64,000 bases of DNA, from positions 1 to 64,000 of the forward strand of contig CAJNYD010000432.1 of assembly GCA_905331295.1 (NCBI GenBank). Reading direction: 5' to 3'. Each line of letters opens with the position of its first letter. Position 1 is the first letter of the stretch. Origin of the DNA: Rotaria socialis. Lineage: Eukaryota. The notes beneath the pieces are model-generated. The model did not search any database and had not been told where the DNA came from. It saw only the letters and a list, made by a program, of their open reading frames with translations. Both the position numbers and the translations under genes were made by a program. Positions 40,499 to 52,644 of this stretch are shown in pieces.

Positions 40499-41395
40499 TC
40501 AAATATTCAATGTCTTTTGTATCCATTCAACGGCGTGTGCCAAAACTTCTTCTTTGCCCAAATCATTATGCAGTTCGTGGAAATGTCCTTGCCATTCCTT
40601 GTATGTTACATTGCGCCGAACACGTCGATTGATTCACTTTCGAATACGTGTAACTGGTGTAGTAGTATCAGCGCTTCCGTGTTGTATTAACATTGGACAT
40701 GTTGCAGTGAAGGTTTTCTTTTCGAAAAATAGACCGATCTCAACTAGAATAGCAATGGTAGCTGCTGGCCAACGATCATGAATACGGTCATCATTGCGAT
40801 AAGCTTGAACAACTATCGGATCGTTTGTATAGACATTTGTTCTGTTGCCATCAATAGGTAAACGCAAGTGAGGATTTAAATTGGCAAATGCACGCATAAG
40901 AAATAACTGTATTCTTGAAGGACGTTTCTTGAGACATATTGACGGTGTGCTCACAATCATAGCTTGACAATCCAAAGGATTTTCAGGCCGTCGAATATCG
41001 TACATAAGACAAAATGCAGATCCTGTACCATGAGAATATATAATGAGTGAAATATCAGGATAAAGTTCAACACGAATAAATCGAATGACACATTCGAGAT
41101 CATCGAGAACGGCATCGATACAAGGAAAGTAGCCTCGTTCACCACCCGAATAGCCATGACCTCTTAAGTCATAGCTGACACTTGCCAATTGATGTTCGTT
41201 GAAGAATCGAGCAACATGTTCATAGCGTTCGCAATGTTCACCTGATCCATGTACTATGAGTACAACCGCACGAGGTTCTTCGTTTATTACAGGCCAATGG
41301 CGAACGTTCAATGACAATTGATCATATGAGGAATAACAGATGAACTGTTCGCTTTGGAAATTCTTTGTCGCGTCATCAAGAACCACTTCTGCCAT
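40499..41395 (-). pseudogene. Intronless monoglyceride lipase/lysophospholipase-like alpha/beta hydrolase with premature TGA and no nucleophilic Ser
   Basis: VLIVHGSGEHCERY, YDLRGHGYSGG, MLIQHGSADTT. TGA at 40634-40636 is followed in frame by ...YKEWQGHFHELHND...AVEWI, ending at 40499. The elbow reads YSHGTGS instead of GHSMGG. Confidence 0.8.
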
Positions 41396-41519
41396 TTAAA
41401 TTTATCTATCAAAAAATTGAAGTCGTTGTATTGCAATATATATATATGGATCTAACGAAATTGAGAGTTATGCAAAATAATGCAAACTCTACCCAAAAAG
41501 ACTTTACTCATTATTGGAA

Positions 41520-41725
41520 ACAACTACAGTAGGCTACTTACTGACCCATAACGGAACTATACATGAGTTGAAAATGTCACAATTTAATTACCAAGTTATG
41601 TAGAATGTTGTCGGTCACGGTTCACAGTTTTATCATGTCTAACATGACACTTGTACGCTTTCGGCCATGTCAAATAAATTGTGACTCAATAAAGAGAGAC
41701 GGGTGTGTTTTTTTCTTTTTTCTAA
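41520..41725 (+). repeat. Diverged direct repeat, copy 1 (copy 2 at ~43070-43295)
   Basis: Shared blocks in the same order: acagta..ctactta, gagttgaaaat, ccaagttatgtagaa, tcggtcacggt, tctaacat, tgtacg, aaataaattgtgactca.taaagag. Confidence 0.8.
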
Positions 41726-43069
41726 TTTTCATCTGCGTTAAAAAAAACGAAATTAACAAACGATGCTTAAAAGAAATTTTAGTCGCATATTTCTGGATTA
41801 ACATTAGTAAATGAACGACTTTGGAATTGTCATATCTCTTGGTTATGAATGTAGATGACGATGATAATCAAATGTTCCATTGATGGCCAATAAATTGTTC
41901 GTATGGTTTCGCCCAAAAAAGCGGTGAAAGTTTTGTTTAGCTTTGAAAATTTGCTTTAAGGAAAAGGACGTGAAGACGTTTCTACTTTCTATATTTTTGC
42001 TGGAGTTGATTTCTTAGTTCATATAACGTATCAGTCATATGATTTTTGTGAAATCAAGGCAATCGTTTTAGGTAGTTAGAGCGTTTTAAGATCGAGTATA
42101 AATTTTAGTTGACAATGCCTCTAATGTAAACACCTACACACTACGAGCAATGAACGCTTTTCTATCGTCTACTTGACTCATATCATCTCTCCAATATGGA
42201 AGTGTTCTTTTTAGTTTTATAAACTACAAGTGAATACAGTTTTTTGTAGGATTCGATGACTGTGTACGTGTGACATGAAAAATGATATCACGTCACAAGC
42301 ACGTTTTTCAAGAGCAAGTGCGATTAATTTATGGTAGTAATAATGGTAATGGTTCATCACAACGTAAATTAGCTCAAAAGTAATTTTTTCGGCTAATTCT
42401 TCGCTAGTAGTAATAAGACATTGGATACTTAGTACTTTCCGTACTAATTGCGTAAAAATCTTGAGTACGAATTCTTTTTTTTTCAAGTAAAATTACATAC
42501 ACTGTTACTAAAAAGATTGTACTTTGTCTTTTTACCTAGGTCCAAACTTACTCGGTATATTTAGTGAGTACTTTTACTGAAGTAAAATTACTTAAAGTAC
42601 AATTTCTAAGTAAACAGCATTTGTACTGGTCCTACTCCAATGCCTGATGGTGTGATCAAAGAAATCTAACAAAGTCCATCATCGAATGTTCGCAGATCCA
42701 ATAGCACTGTAGGCTTCGCAAGCTGATGAAAACTGATGAAAGCACATGTAAATGAACAATAAAAAGAAAATAGTGGATTTTTGCTCATCCTTGTAGTTCT
42801 TATTAATGAAAGAAAAACGAACTCTTCGTTTCATTTGTCGTGCACGTAAAATCATCCCTAACAAAAATCAATACGATTGCAAGCGGTGAAGTATTGTTCG
42901 CGGTACATGCGCCTATAGTCATTTGCAAACCCATCTCAAAATAAATGATGATTCACGTATTATTCAAAACAGAACATATAGGTGTTTATTGCAAAACAAG
43001 ATAGCAAAAAACGATAAAACAAGTGAAGAATGACACAAGCAAAAATTTACTAATTACTGACAACAACAA

Positions 43070-43295
43070 TCACAGTACGCTACTTAGTAGCCTTCGGTAG
43101 AATTAATTGAGTTGAAAATTCTCAACGCCATTACTATGTAATAGTTAAGTTAGAAATTTCCAAGTTATGTAGAAAATGATCGGTCACGGTCCAAATTTAT
43201 TATTTCTAACATCACAACTGTACGATTTTTGACATGCTAAATAAATTGTGACTCACTAAAGAGGAAAGAATATGCTTGCTTTTATTTTTTTCTAG
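43070..43295 (+). repeat. Diverged direct repeat, copy 2, just upstream of the ABHD6-like gene
   Basis: Same ordered blocks as copy 1 at 41520-41725. Confidence 0.8.
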
Positions 43296-43443
43296 TTTTA
43301 GTCGATGCTCGACAAGAGAAAGCAAACGTCAAAACAGATCAATAAAAGACGCTGAAAACATGTAAGCGCTATGTATATATAAATATATATGATTTGGAAA
43401 TATAGACGGAAGTTATAATTTAATTTTTTACTCATGTCTATAG

Positions 43444-44727
43444 GCAACCATGGCTTACACAATGTTATTATCAGTAAGTAATAGAAAAATAATAGAGAAT
43501 ATGAGTGATAGTGACTGATAGACAATTGCTAATTAAGATTTAATACTTATCGTGCTGGTCTACAAAAGAGATCTTTGTCGATCGATGCTAATGGAACGAG
43601 TATGTTTAGCTATTGTGAAAAGGGTACAAAAATGCATGGACAACCGACCGTTGTATTTATTCATGGACTTTCATCTAATAAAGAAACATGGCTACCGATT
43701 GTTAAAGTAAATCAAATTTTCTATTGATATTCATAGCTTATAAAATTATAATTTCTAATTGACTCAGAATATTCCAAACGATTATCATTGCATTACAGTA
43801 GATTTACCTGCTCACGGAGAAACCGTGGGCATGAAAGAAGAGTTCTATACGATTGATAAGTTTGTTGAAAAGCTTAAATTAGTAATCGTTTGTTGTTTTT
43901 GTCGATAATGATATTCTACAGGTAAAATGTGCTTTTAGTTTTTCGACAAAATGAATCTAATTGAACCAATGTTTATCATTGGTGCATCCATGGGTGGTGC
44001 CGTAGTATCTATGTTTGCAATCAAATATCCGAATTATGTGAGCTTGATATGTTTACTTGCGCCACCTGGTGAGTTTTTATGGATTACGTTACATAAAAGA
44101 TTACAATTCATTTTGATATTTTAGCCGATGAAAAATATGAAACTGCTCGAATTAAACAATTACGCCAGGGCAACTATGAAGTACTTCTTCCAGAAACAAC
44201 AGAGCAGCTGAGTGACATGATACGTTCTTTAACAGTAAAACCAATCAGGTTACCTGAAATATTCCTTAATGGTTTCCTTCGTTTACGACTTCCGTTACTA
44301 GAGGAACATACGAATGGTAATTAGCCGCCTTTTAAAATTTTCTGCTAAATTATAGACTGATTTGAATATTCATCAAGTTCTTAAGTCACTACTCGAACAT
44401 GATTATCCATATCTTAATCAGCGCTATCAAGAACTCAATCAAATTAGTTGTCCAACATTGATTCTTTGGGGCCGCGAAGATCAAGTAAGCGTACTCTAAA
44501 ATGTTTGCATTTGAAACTAATGAATATAATGATATATACAGCTATTTACTGTTGATGGTGCGCATTACTTTCTAAAATTAATTCCAAAATCAGAAGCAAT
44601 TATTTTCGACGATTGTGGTCATTTCATGGCTATTGACAAACCTCTAGAAGTGGCCGAGAGTATTGTAACTTTTTTAAATCACCATTGCAACTGTCAGGTA
44701 AATCGTGCCTATTCTCACGAAATCTGA
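43444..44727 (+). CDS. ABHD6-like monoacylglycerol lipase, at least 6 exons (5' end uncertain)
   Basis: Spliced reading PTVVFIHGLSSNKETW, TVDLPAHGET, IIGASMGGA (nucleophile), PTLILWGREDQ (acid), DDCGHF (His). Stop TGA at 44725-44727. Confidence 0.82.
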
Positions 44728-45387
44728 TCATTTAGCTGATTCATTCAAATAAATGTGTTTATTATTTTTTAATTTTATTTCATGAAAGATAATGCAGAAA
44801 AAAACAATGGTGTGGATGCAAATGTGTGTCTTTATATCGATGTGTTGATGTGGGGATAAGTATGGGTGCGCGTGTGAATGTGAATAAGAGCACTCTCTCT
44901 TAATCCATTTGGATATTTATACCCCAGCTCAAGTTCAATACCTTTGAAAGCCATATAATTGTATAATCAATGATAGGGTTGTCTCATTGGTCTTACGTTA
45001 GCGGTAATTTAAAAATCGTATCAGTGAATTTAACACTAAGACTAAGCCGAAACCCCTAATCGATATTCCTTTCAGTCATGATCGTCTGTTCAAAAACATG
45101 TTTTCTGGTTATGAACACTTCAGAACTCGTTATCGATCGTGTTTCATGAAACGCAGCCAAAATTTCGAATGAAAACATTAGAAATCATTCTGAATAACGT
45201 AGAGAATCATCGTAGTTGACAGTTCAACAATTGTAATTGACGCGTACTATCTGAAAATTCAATTGGGAATTTGTAGAATGACCATAGTTTTGTGTTCTGA
45301 CGCTCTATTGAATATTCTTAGATAATCTACTCGTCGTGATGTGTAGACATTGTTTTATTTTCTTCAGATTTTCAATTAAAATTGAAA

Positions 45388-46734
45388 ATGTCGAAACTCT
45401 ATTCCGTATTCCATTCTATGGCCAATCGAAACAAACAATCAAGTCCTTTCGAACTCATGATGAACGCCAAACGCGAAGAAATACAATCAAAAAGATACAT
45501 TCCTGGAAAAGCATCGGACTTCTATTTCTTGTGTCATAATGGAAAAATCGATTGCGTTCGTCAAATTCTCGACGCTCCTGATTCTCCATCGATTGAAACA
45601 TTAAATGCTCTTCAACCGAATGGTAATACAGCACTTCATGCAGCAGTATTCTATAATCATATAGAGATTGTCAAAATTTTACTTGAACGAAAATGCCCTC
45701 AAACGACAGTGAACCGTTTTGGAAACATTGCATATGATGAAGCGAAAACAACTGAAATGCAACAACTATTTAACAGACCAGATACGTCAGAACGCTTTCA
45801 TGACACAAATACAACACATTCTCTAGAAATGTATGCTGTATCGGAGCACTACGATAACACCAATACAAACGTTAAATTCAATTATGTACGTGAATTCCAA
45901 TCGGACGATGAAATTTCTGAACACTCGATTAATCAGCAAACATTAGCGATGTGGCTAAAATTTTACACTTGGTTTACTAAAAAATTTCGTAATTATCTTG
46001 AACGTGACGAATATCATATTGACGCGTTTGATTTAGACAAGCATGCTGATTTTCAAGCATTTCTTCAGCATAATGTATCCAATTCGAATAATTATAAATT
46101 CACAATGAACTTGATAAGTGAGGCACAAAATTCTAATTCGCTCGAACCTCTTATCAAATTGTACACAAGCGAAGAAGCTAAGATGTATACATCATTGAAT
46201 AAACACTTAGCAAGTTCATCAACCGATTCTCACATGGGCTCGCACTTGTGCGACTGATTTGTCATGGAATTTTTCATGCGCCGTGATGAGTTAAAACAAC
46301 GTGCATATACTGGTATTGCTTATCGTGGTATCACTCTATCGATCAATGAATTAGACATTTACAAACGTGCAGTTCGAAACGAGTCAAAAGGTGTACTTAA
46401 TTTCAAATCTTTCTCATCCGCATCCAGAGATCCGATGATTGCTCTGCGATTCGCAACTAAATATCCACCAAAAGAAAATGAAAAAATTGTACTATTTATT
46501 TTCGAGATTTACGCAGCGACACCAACAGTATTTTCGATCGAAAATATTTCCTATTTTCCTCATGAACGTGAAGTACTCATTCTACCAGGAAGTTTATTCA
46601 TTATCGATAGTGTCGAAGAAAATCTTAGCATGAATATTACAACGGTCCATCTGACACACTGGGAGGTACCAGTTCCATTTTTAACGAAAATCCATCAAAC
46701 ATTTCGGTGTGGTAAAAGAAGATTTTTGTCGTGA
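45388..46734 (+). pseudogene. Ankyrin-repeat + ADP-ribosyltransferase (R-S-E type) gene with one in-frame TGA
   Basis: Ankyrin NGNTALHAAVFYNHIEIVKILL; LIKLYTSEEAKMYTSLNKHL; AYRG, FSSAS, FPHEREVLILPG. ORFs 45382-46257 and 46264-46734 share a frame and are separated only by TGA at 46255-46257. No intron evident. Confidence 0.82.
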
Positions 46735-48306
46735 TCAAATAAATTAAGACGGAGTTAATTTATCGCTATTGAATTCTATTAAGAATTATTTAAAAAAATA
46801 ACATCAGAATTCATTTTATCAAGTTACAAAAATAATTTAGAAATATTTTTTGTGTATGTATCCGGTGCTCACTAAGCATAATACGAACAGTTGAATGGAA
46901 ATCAGGCGGAAACAACGACACATTTCGAATTCGAAAAGAAGAAAAGTATAAAACAAAACCAATGGGACGATCAATATGTTATCGGCTGCGTCTTTCAGAC
47001 AGGAATTATGGCACCATATGAAGCTGAATCACATATCTTTGAGTGGCTACATTAGTTAATATTACGAATACAAACAGGATTGATATATAGAATTATCTAC
47101 AGACGAATATATCGAGATAAACCATAACAGTATCTGCAAAGATCGCAGAACATCTAATGATCCTCACTTCATTATTCGATTATTCATGGCAGCATCTTTC
47201 GACGTGTATGTGATGTTGGCTACACCAGTGTGTCTAAAAAGAAATGTTTCAAAAGGAAACGAAAGAAGTCTATGTATTGTATTGCATTGGCAGAAATTGA
47301 TGAGTTGACAGCAACATTGAAATGGATAGTTTCTCAAGAACATTCTAATTTTGGAATTTATACGCTGATCGCAGTACAACCGCATGTAATAATACATCGA
47401 AATGTTATCTTCTTGAAAGGTTTACATTTCTCTATTCATTTACGATCTTAAAAGTCATTATGCTTAGCAAGTTTCGCGCACCATTATGCCTCTTCCACAT
47501 ATATTATCTGATTTGATTATTGTTTATCAGCTTGAATACTAAATAAAAATGTTTGATTATATAGAAATTGAGGGTTTTCATTAGAAAAGAACATCATCTC
47601 TATAATCATTTTACTGTATTTGTGGAATAGTGGTAAAATGAAGCACTTTATGTCTCGAGAGCATCGCATCAACTTGCAATGAAATCAATAATAAGACTAT
47701 AATATTGTATATTTTTTGGTTTTGAAGTGGATAAAATATTTCAATCAGAAATTACTACTAGTTACAGGCAACCAATATCCTATCAACAGTATTGATAGTA
47801 TTGTAAAGGATATTTATTGAATATTTATGAATCCTTATCGAATCGCGAGTCTCAATTTGTAGATTCAACATAATATATTTTCCTGCTAATCTCTATTCAG
47901 AAATAAAAACCCTTTGTGTCTGTACTCGATGTTCACTTCAGTAATAGTTCTGAGTCCTTGCGTGGTAATGACCTTTTTGTTTTTAAATTACATGAAACAT
48001 TAAATTTTCGAAGACTTTCTCGAAGTTAGCTATGGTCATGTTCATAAATGAGTTTCATATTTTCATTTCGCACTAAATATCTTGAATAGCATAATATCAA
48101 CTGTTGAGATTCATTTCTTGTCGACTGTTTCTTTTTTGGCACATAATTAGAATTTTATTAGAAAGAAATCAGAGTGAAATTATAACTGAAGAAACGATAA
48201 AAATAGATTTTACAAAGTAATAGGTAAGAGTCAATTCGACCTTTGGTAATGAATATTCTTCGAAATACTACAGTGTTTGTGAATATATACATAAAACCCA
48301 TTCTCA

Positions 48307-48884
48307 CTAATTCTCTTCTGTTCGCTGCTTCTTTTGTTTTTCATTTTCTCTCTTGTCCTTCTTCTTTCGTTTGTCCTCTCTCATTTTCTGCTTCTCTCTC
48401 TCTCTCTCTTCCCTCTGCTGTTGAGTCTCTTTCTCTTTCTCTTCTTTCTTTTTTTGCTTCTCTTCCCGCTCCTTCTGCTTCTCTCTCTCTCTCTCTTCTC
48501 TCTGCCGTTGAGTCTCTTTCTCTTTCTCTTCCTTCTTTTTTTGCTTCTCTTCCCGCTCCTTTTGCTTCTCTTTCTCTTTCTCCTCTTTCTGCTTCTGCCT
48601 CTGAAGCTCCTCTGTTTCGATCAGTTTCGTTGTCTCGTCTTGCTCTTCGAAATCTTTTTGTCCATTAATTTGACCGGATAAATTATTATCTGTAGTGTCT
48701 GACGGCAAAATTGGACTGCTATTGCTTTCACTATTTTTTGACGTAGAAACATAGAAACGAAGACGGTGTTGGATTGCATGTAATTTCTGTTGGAAGAGTT
48801 GAACATCATCTTGTAAACCAGCTGGTGATTCAAATATGTTTGGTAAATTTTTCTGATGACGATCTTGCTCATTTATTTCGTCGA
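48307..48884 (-). CDS. Exon encoding an E/K/R/Q-rich coiled-coil region; rest of gene not reconstructable (possibly decayed)
   Basis: AG acceptor at 48885-48886, then an open frame DEINEQDRHQKNLPNIF...KQKEREEKQKKKEEKEKE... to TAG at 48307. Upstream sequence has stops in the frames examined. Confidence 0.45.
48387..48600. repeat. 87-bp (29-codon) tandem repeat, about 2.5 copies
   Basis: Unit tctgcttctctctctctctctctt...gttgagtctctttctcttt...tcttcccgctcct begins at ~48387, ~48474 and partially at ~48561. Confidence 0.85.
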
Positions 48885-50544
48885 CTAGAAGACAGAAAAT
48901 ATTCCATAGAAAACCTTGTTTATATTTAAAAGATGACTATTTCTGTATTTGATTCTTTTTTTCATTTAATACTTCAGTGTTTCACAGCAAGACTATTAGT
49001 GGTAAGCATGATAATAGATACGGAACGAAGACATTTAAAATCTATGACAAGTTCAATGTTAGCGCTGATGTACTCTGTAAATTGTGTTCACTTTGATTTT
49101 GCAATTGTGAACAAGGACGGATGGGTGAGAACTTTATTCATCCATCGCGTCATTTGGTGACATCACTTCGGTGTCAAAATCATAGTTGGGCCAAGGAACT
49201 CTACTATATTTCGTCTAATAAATCTTTAGAAAAGAGGGAAATATTCATATTCACTATTTAACATATTTATGTCAATGTCTAAGTACAGCACAATCAAGCA
49301 AACAATCAATACTGTTGATATTAATTTCTGTCATATCAATTAAAGGCGTTCATCTCCTTATTATGTGTATATTGACATTCGACTACATTTCAACTGTTTT
49401 TTTTCAGAGAGAGATTTTTTTCATGATTATGTTTATTTTCATGTGTCATACTTCATATATCACATGTCTACATAGTATAGTTTGAATAATCAATATCTCA
49501 AATGTTCATAGTGAAGAAAATGAATACGAATTAATGAGAGATGTCGTTACTTTTACCAAACCTGTATTGAAGGGGGTCTCGTTGGCTTCGCTGAAAAATA
49601 TTTGAACTTAGAACAGTATAGATTAACTTACTGATATTTTGTTGAATTTGAAATCCATCTAATTCACCATTCGTCTTTGAATTTGTTAAATCTGCATTCA
49701 TTAACACTTTACCATATATGGCTAAAACAAATAAAACGCAGCTCGTATATCTATCTGGAATATTCATCAGGACTCAGAGAAATTTAATCTCGAAACGTGT
49801 AGTTCATCGATGTAACGTCATTTATATGTGTGTTTTTAATACAGCTTCAGATATTTTTAAAACTAGTGTCGATTCAATTGCATACATAAGATACTCAACG
49901 AGAGCGATATAACATTTTTGAAACATATATGGTCATAGGAACATCGTTTTCGTGGGCAGAGGCTGAAAGCAACATGCAATTTTCTCACTATAGTTTTAGT
50001 TTCTAATCCTACTGTATCGTATACTACTTACTAATGAAGCAGAGAACCAACACAAAGATCATGTTAAACTGCATCATTTTGAAATATCGTATTAATTCAA
50101 ATATTTTAGAATAATCTATACTGTACTCTTTCTGCACATATATAAATGTTGCTCGCTTTCTCTGTCGCACGTCTTTCTTTTTCTCCTGAATAATATTGAT
50201 CTGGTTAATCACCTAACAAATGTCATTTTATATCTTATTTTCATACCAAAGTGCAAAACAACAGACAATAGAACGCCCGTCAAAATAAATGACGGATTCT
50301 GATACTTATACAACAGATGAGTATTTTAAAGCTTATCAGTAAGAGATTATTCTAATGTTATATGCTTAGCTTCTGATCAGTATCTAAAAAATTCAAAAAG
50401 AAAATATTGATCATCATCAAGCTTTTAGAGTTGCTCGAATCGTGTCAAAATACAAGATTGAAATTCATAGATTCTAGTTAGAAAAACGTAGACCATTAGA
50501 ATGATTGAGCACTTCAGTCGTGGTATTCCCATTATTTACGAAAT

Positions 50545-51642
50545 CAGCGGCGTAGCCAGGGGGAGGCAAATGGGCAATTGCCCATTTCATTTTGAGCCTT
50601 GCCCATTGTAATTTTCATTAGTTAATTTTTGCCCATTGAAATTTTACTTTTTCACAATTATTTACTTTTAAAAAAACTGGCTACTGTCTTTTTTCTTTCG
50701 TTTGAATCGCATATCTATCCTTTCCTTGTTCTTATGAAGAATTAATAGAACAAAATAGAACAAAAAATATGACCAACGCATAATTGTGCATACGTATCTA
50801 TATGTATTCTTGTTCTCTTCTAGTATCTTCTCTTAAAATGCTGACTTGAAAAGAAAACGATTGAACTATAACCTATCTCGTCCAGTTTACCGTCTTGTTT
50901 CTTATTTCGCGCTACTATATTATAAGAAAAGCCTAAAGAAAAAAGGAAAAGAACAAGGGCAAATATGCTTATATAGAATTGCGCACTTACATTTATCATT
51001 TTGCTGTTCTATTTTGTTCTGTTTTAAAAGACTAATAGTGAGCCATGCCAACTGGAAAACTATCCAATACGCAGTGGCGGATCCAGAAACTCAGTAAGGG
51101 GGTAGCGCTCCTGGTCAAAAAGTGTTTTTTGAAGCCTATTTGAGGCAATACGACTCGTTTCTGTTTCATTTTTGCTGGGAAAAATTTTTAAAAATCGTGA
51201 AGGGGTACCCCTCGCCGGTTAGCTGTAATGGTAGATTTGCCAGTGCCAATACGTTATTAAGTCATCACTTTTCTTTGAAATATTGAAATTATATGTAAAA
51301 ATATACAATTGTCGTCTTGATTTTGATGTTTGAATTTCAAAACCAAATGTTATAAATAGAGACTGAAGATAGAATAAAATATGTCTAACTCAACAAGTCT
51401 GAGGAAGGCTTAAAATTTGAGTTTCATTTCATATATATTAGATTAAAAGAATCTCATACTTTTTTGTGTAGTTAAATGAACATCATTTTATTTTATTTTT
51501 TTGTGTTTTTTCTACGTTATCAACACTTTGTTGGGTTGAAAAATTTTGGCCCATCAATGAAAATCTTGCCAGTTTTGCCCATGGTTTTTTTTGACTTAAT
51601 GGAAGTTTGCCCAGTGGTCTAAAAATCCTGGTTACGCCNGGG
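50545..51642. mobile_element. hAT-like non-autonomous element hosting a nested MITE
   Basis: Left cagcggcgtagccagg, right cctggttacgccn (an N falls at the terminus). Subterminal tgcccat repeats at both ends. TSD not verifiable. Confidence 0.65.
51072..51245. mobile_element. Small nested hAT-like MITE with perfect 8-bp TSD
   Basis: TSD ccaatacg at 51064-51071 and 51246-51253. Imperfect TIRs cagtggcggatcca / tagatttgccagtg. Confidence 0.85.
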
Positions 51643-52644
51643 GCTTAAAATTTCCCTTGAATGCTCTTGCTGCATATTGTAACTCTTGGTATAGTCAAAC
51701 GTCTTAAAGTAGCCGGGCAAGCAACACAACAGATATAGTATAGACCAGCGATATAATTCAAACTGAAACGGTACGCATAAGGCTAAGACACTTAGAAAGT
51801 ATGTTTTGGACTTGAATTTGCGCCTAGAAAAAAAAGTAATCGTAAACTATGATGAATATTCGATTTATTTATCTTTCTGCGTATTTGCTTCTGAAAGATG
51901 TATTCTTGATTTTAGAGTTGTGTGATATTTCGAATGCGTTTTTATTTTCAGATGTATTTGATTTAAAGTGTAGAGTAAAGTATGTTCGAGTAAAATAATA
52001 TTTAGATCTAATAGATTTTGAAATTGCCAGCCTACGCTATGACGATGGGAAACAGAAGGTCTTGTACATATTCCATTACAAACTAGATTAAACTATTTAG
52101 AGAGTAGATCATTGATATGAGCTTTCACTATTCTTACTTTCACATGCATATAAGCAGGAGAAAAAAAAGTAAAGAAGAAGCTTTGAATTCATTTTCAGCA
52201 TTTTAATAGCTCTGCGTAAAGATTTTCTCCGATTTGAACATAGCTTTGAAACCTATTAGAACTTATCATTGGATTTGCTTGTAATTTGAATAGGCTGCAA
52301 AATATAAGTTGTGATTTCTCTTGATCTATCTATTATTTCTCATTTTTTCCTTCGTTGATGAGTAATTGAAATCTAATTTTTTTTGTTTAGTCTGAATCTC
52401 ACTCACTTCTCTTGATTAGTGTGATTCGTTCAATTCAATTTTTCAACTTTTTCACTTATGATGTAATAATAAATCAAAGAAAGCATGATACCTAGGAATA
52501 CGCGTTAGGTTACCTTTCGATACGTAAGTGTGTGCTCCGTTTATTTATCAAATAAAAATACTGTAGTGCGATCAAAATTCAATTGAATTAATGAGACTAA
52601 CGATAATCGAAATCATTCAGATTTATTATCAGCAGAAATTTTAA

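Noticed and set aside
40634..46257. Selenocysteine or alternative-code reading of the in-frame TGAs
   Set aside because: The positions fit Trp or Arg rather than Cys, no SECIS was recognised, and TGA ends other genes in the window.
46890..47450. Coding-like stretch downstream of the ankyrin-ART gene
   Set aside because: Multiple stops and no recognisable family; cannot be called without a search.
48243..48681. Plus-strand Leu/Phe/Ser-rich ORFs that look membrane-like
   Set aside because: Artefacts of the CT-rich strand of the E/K repeat.
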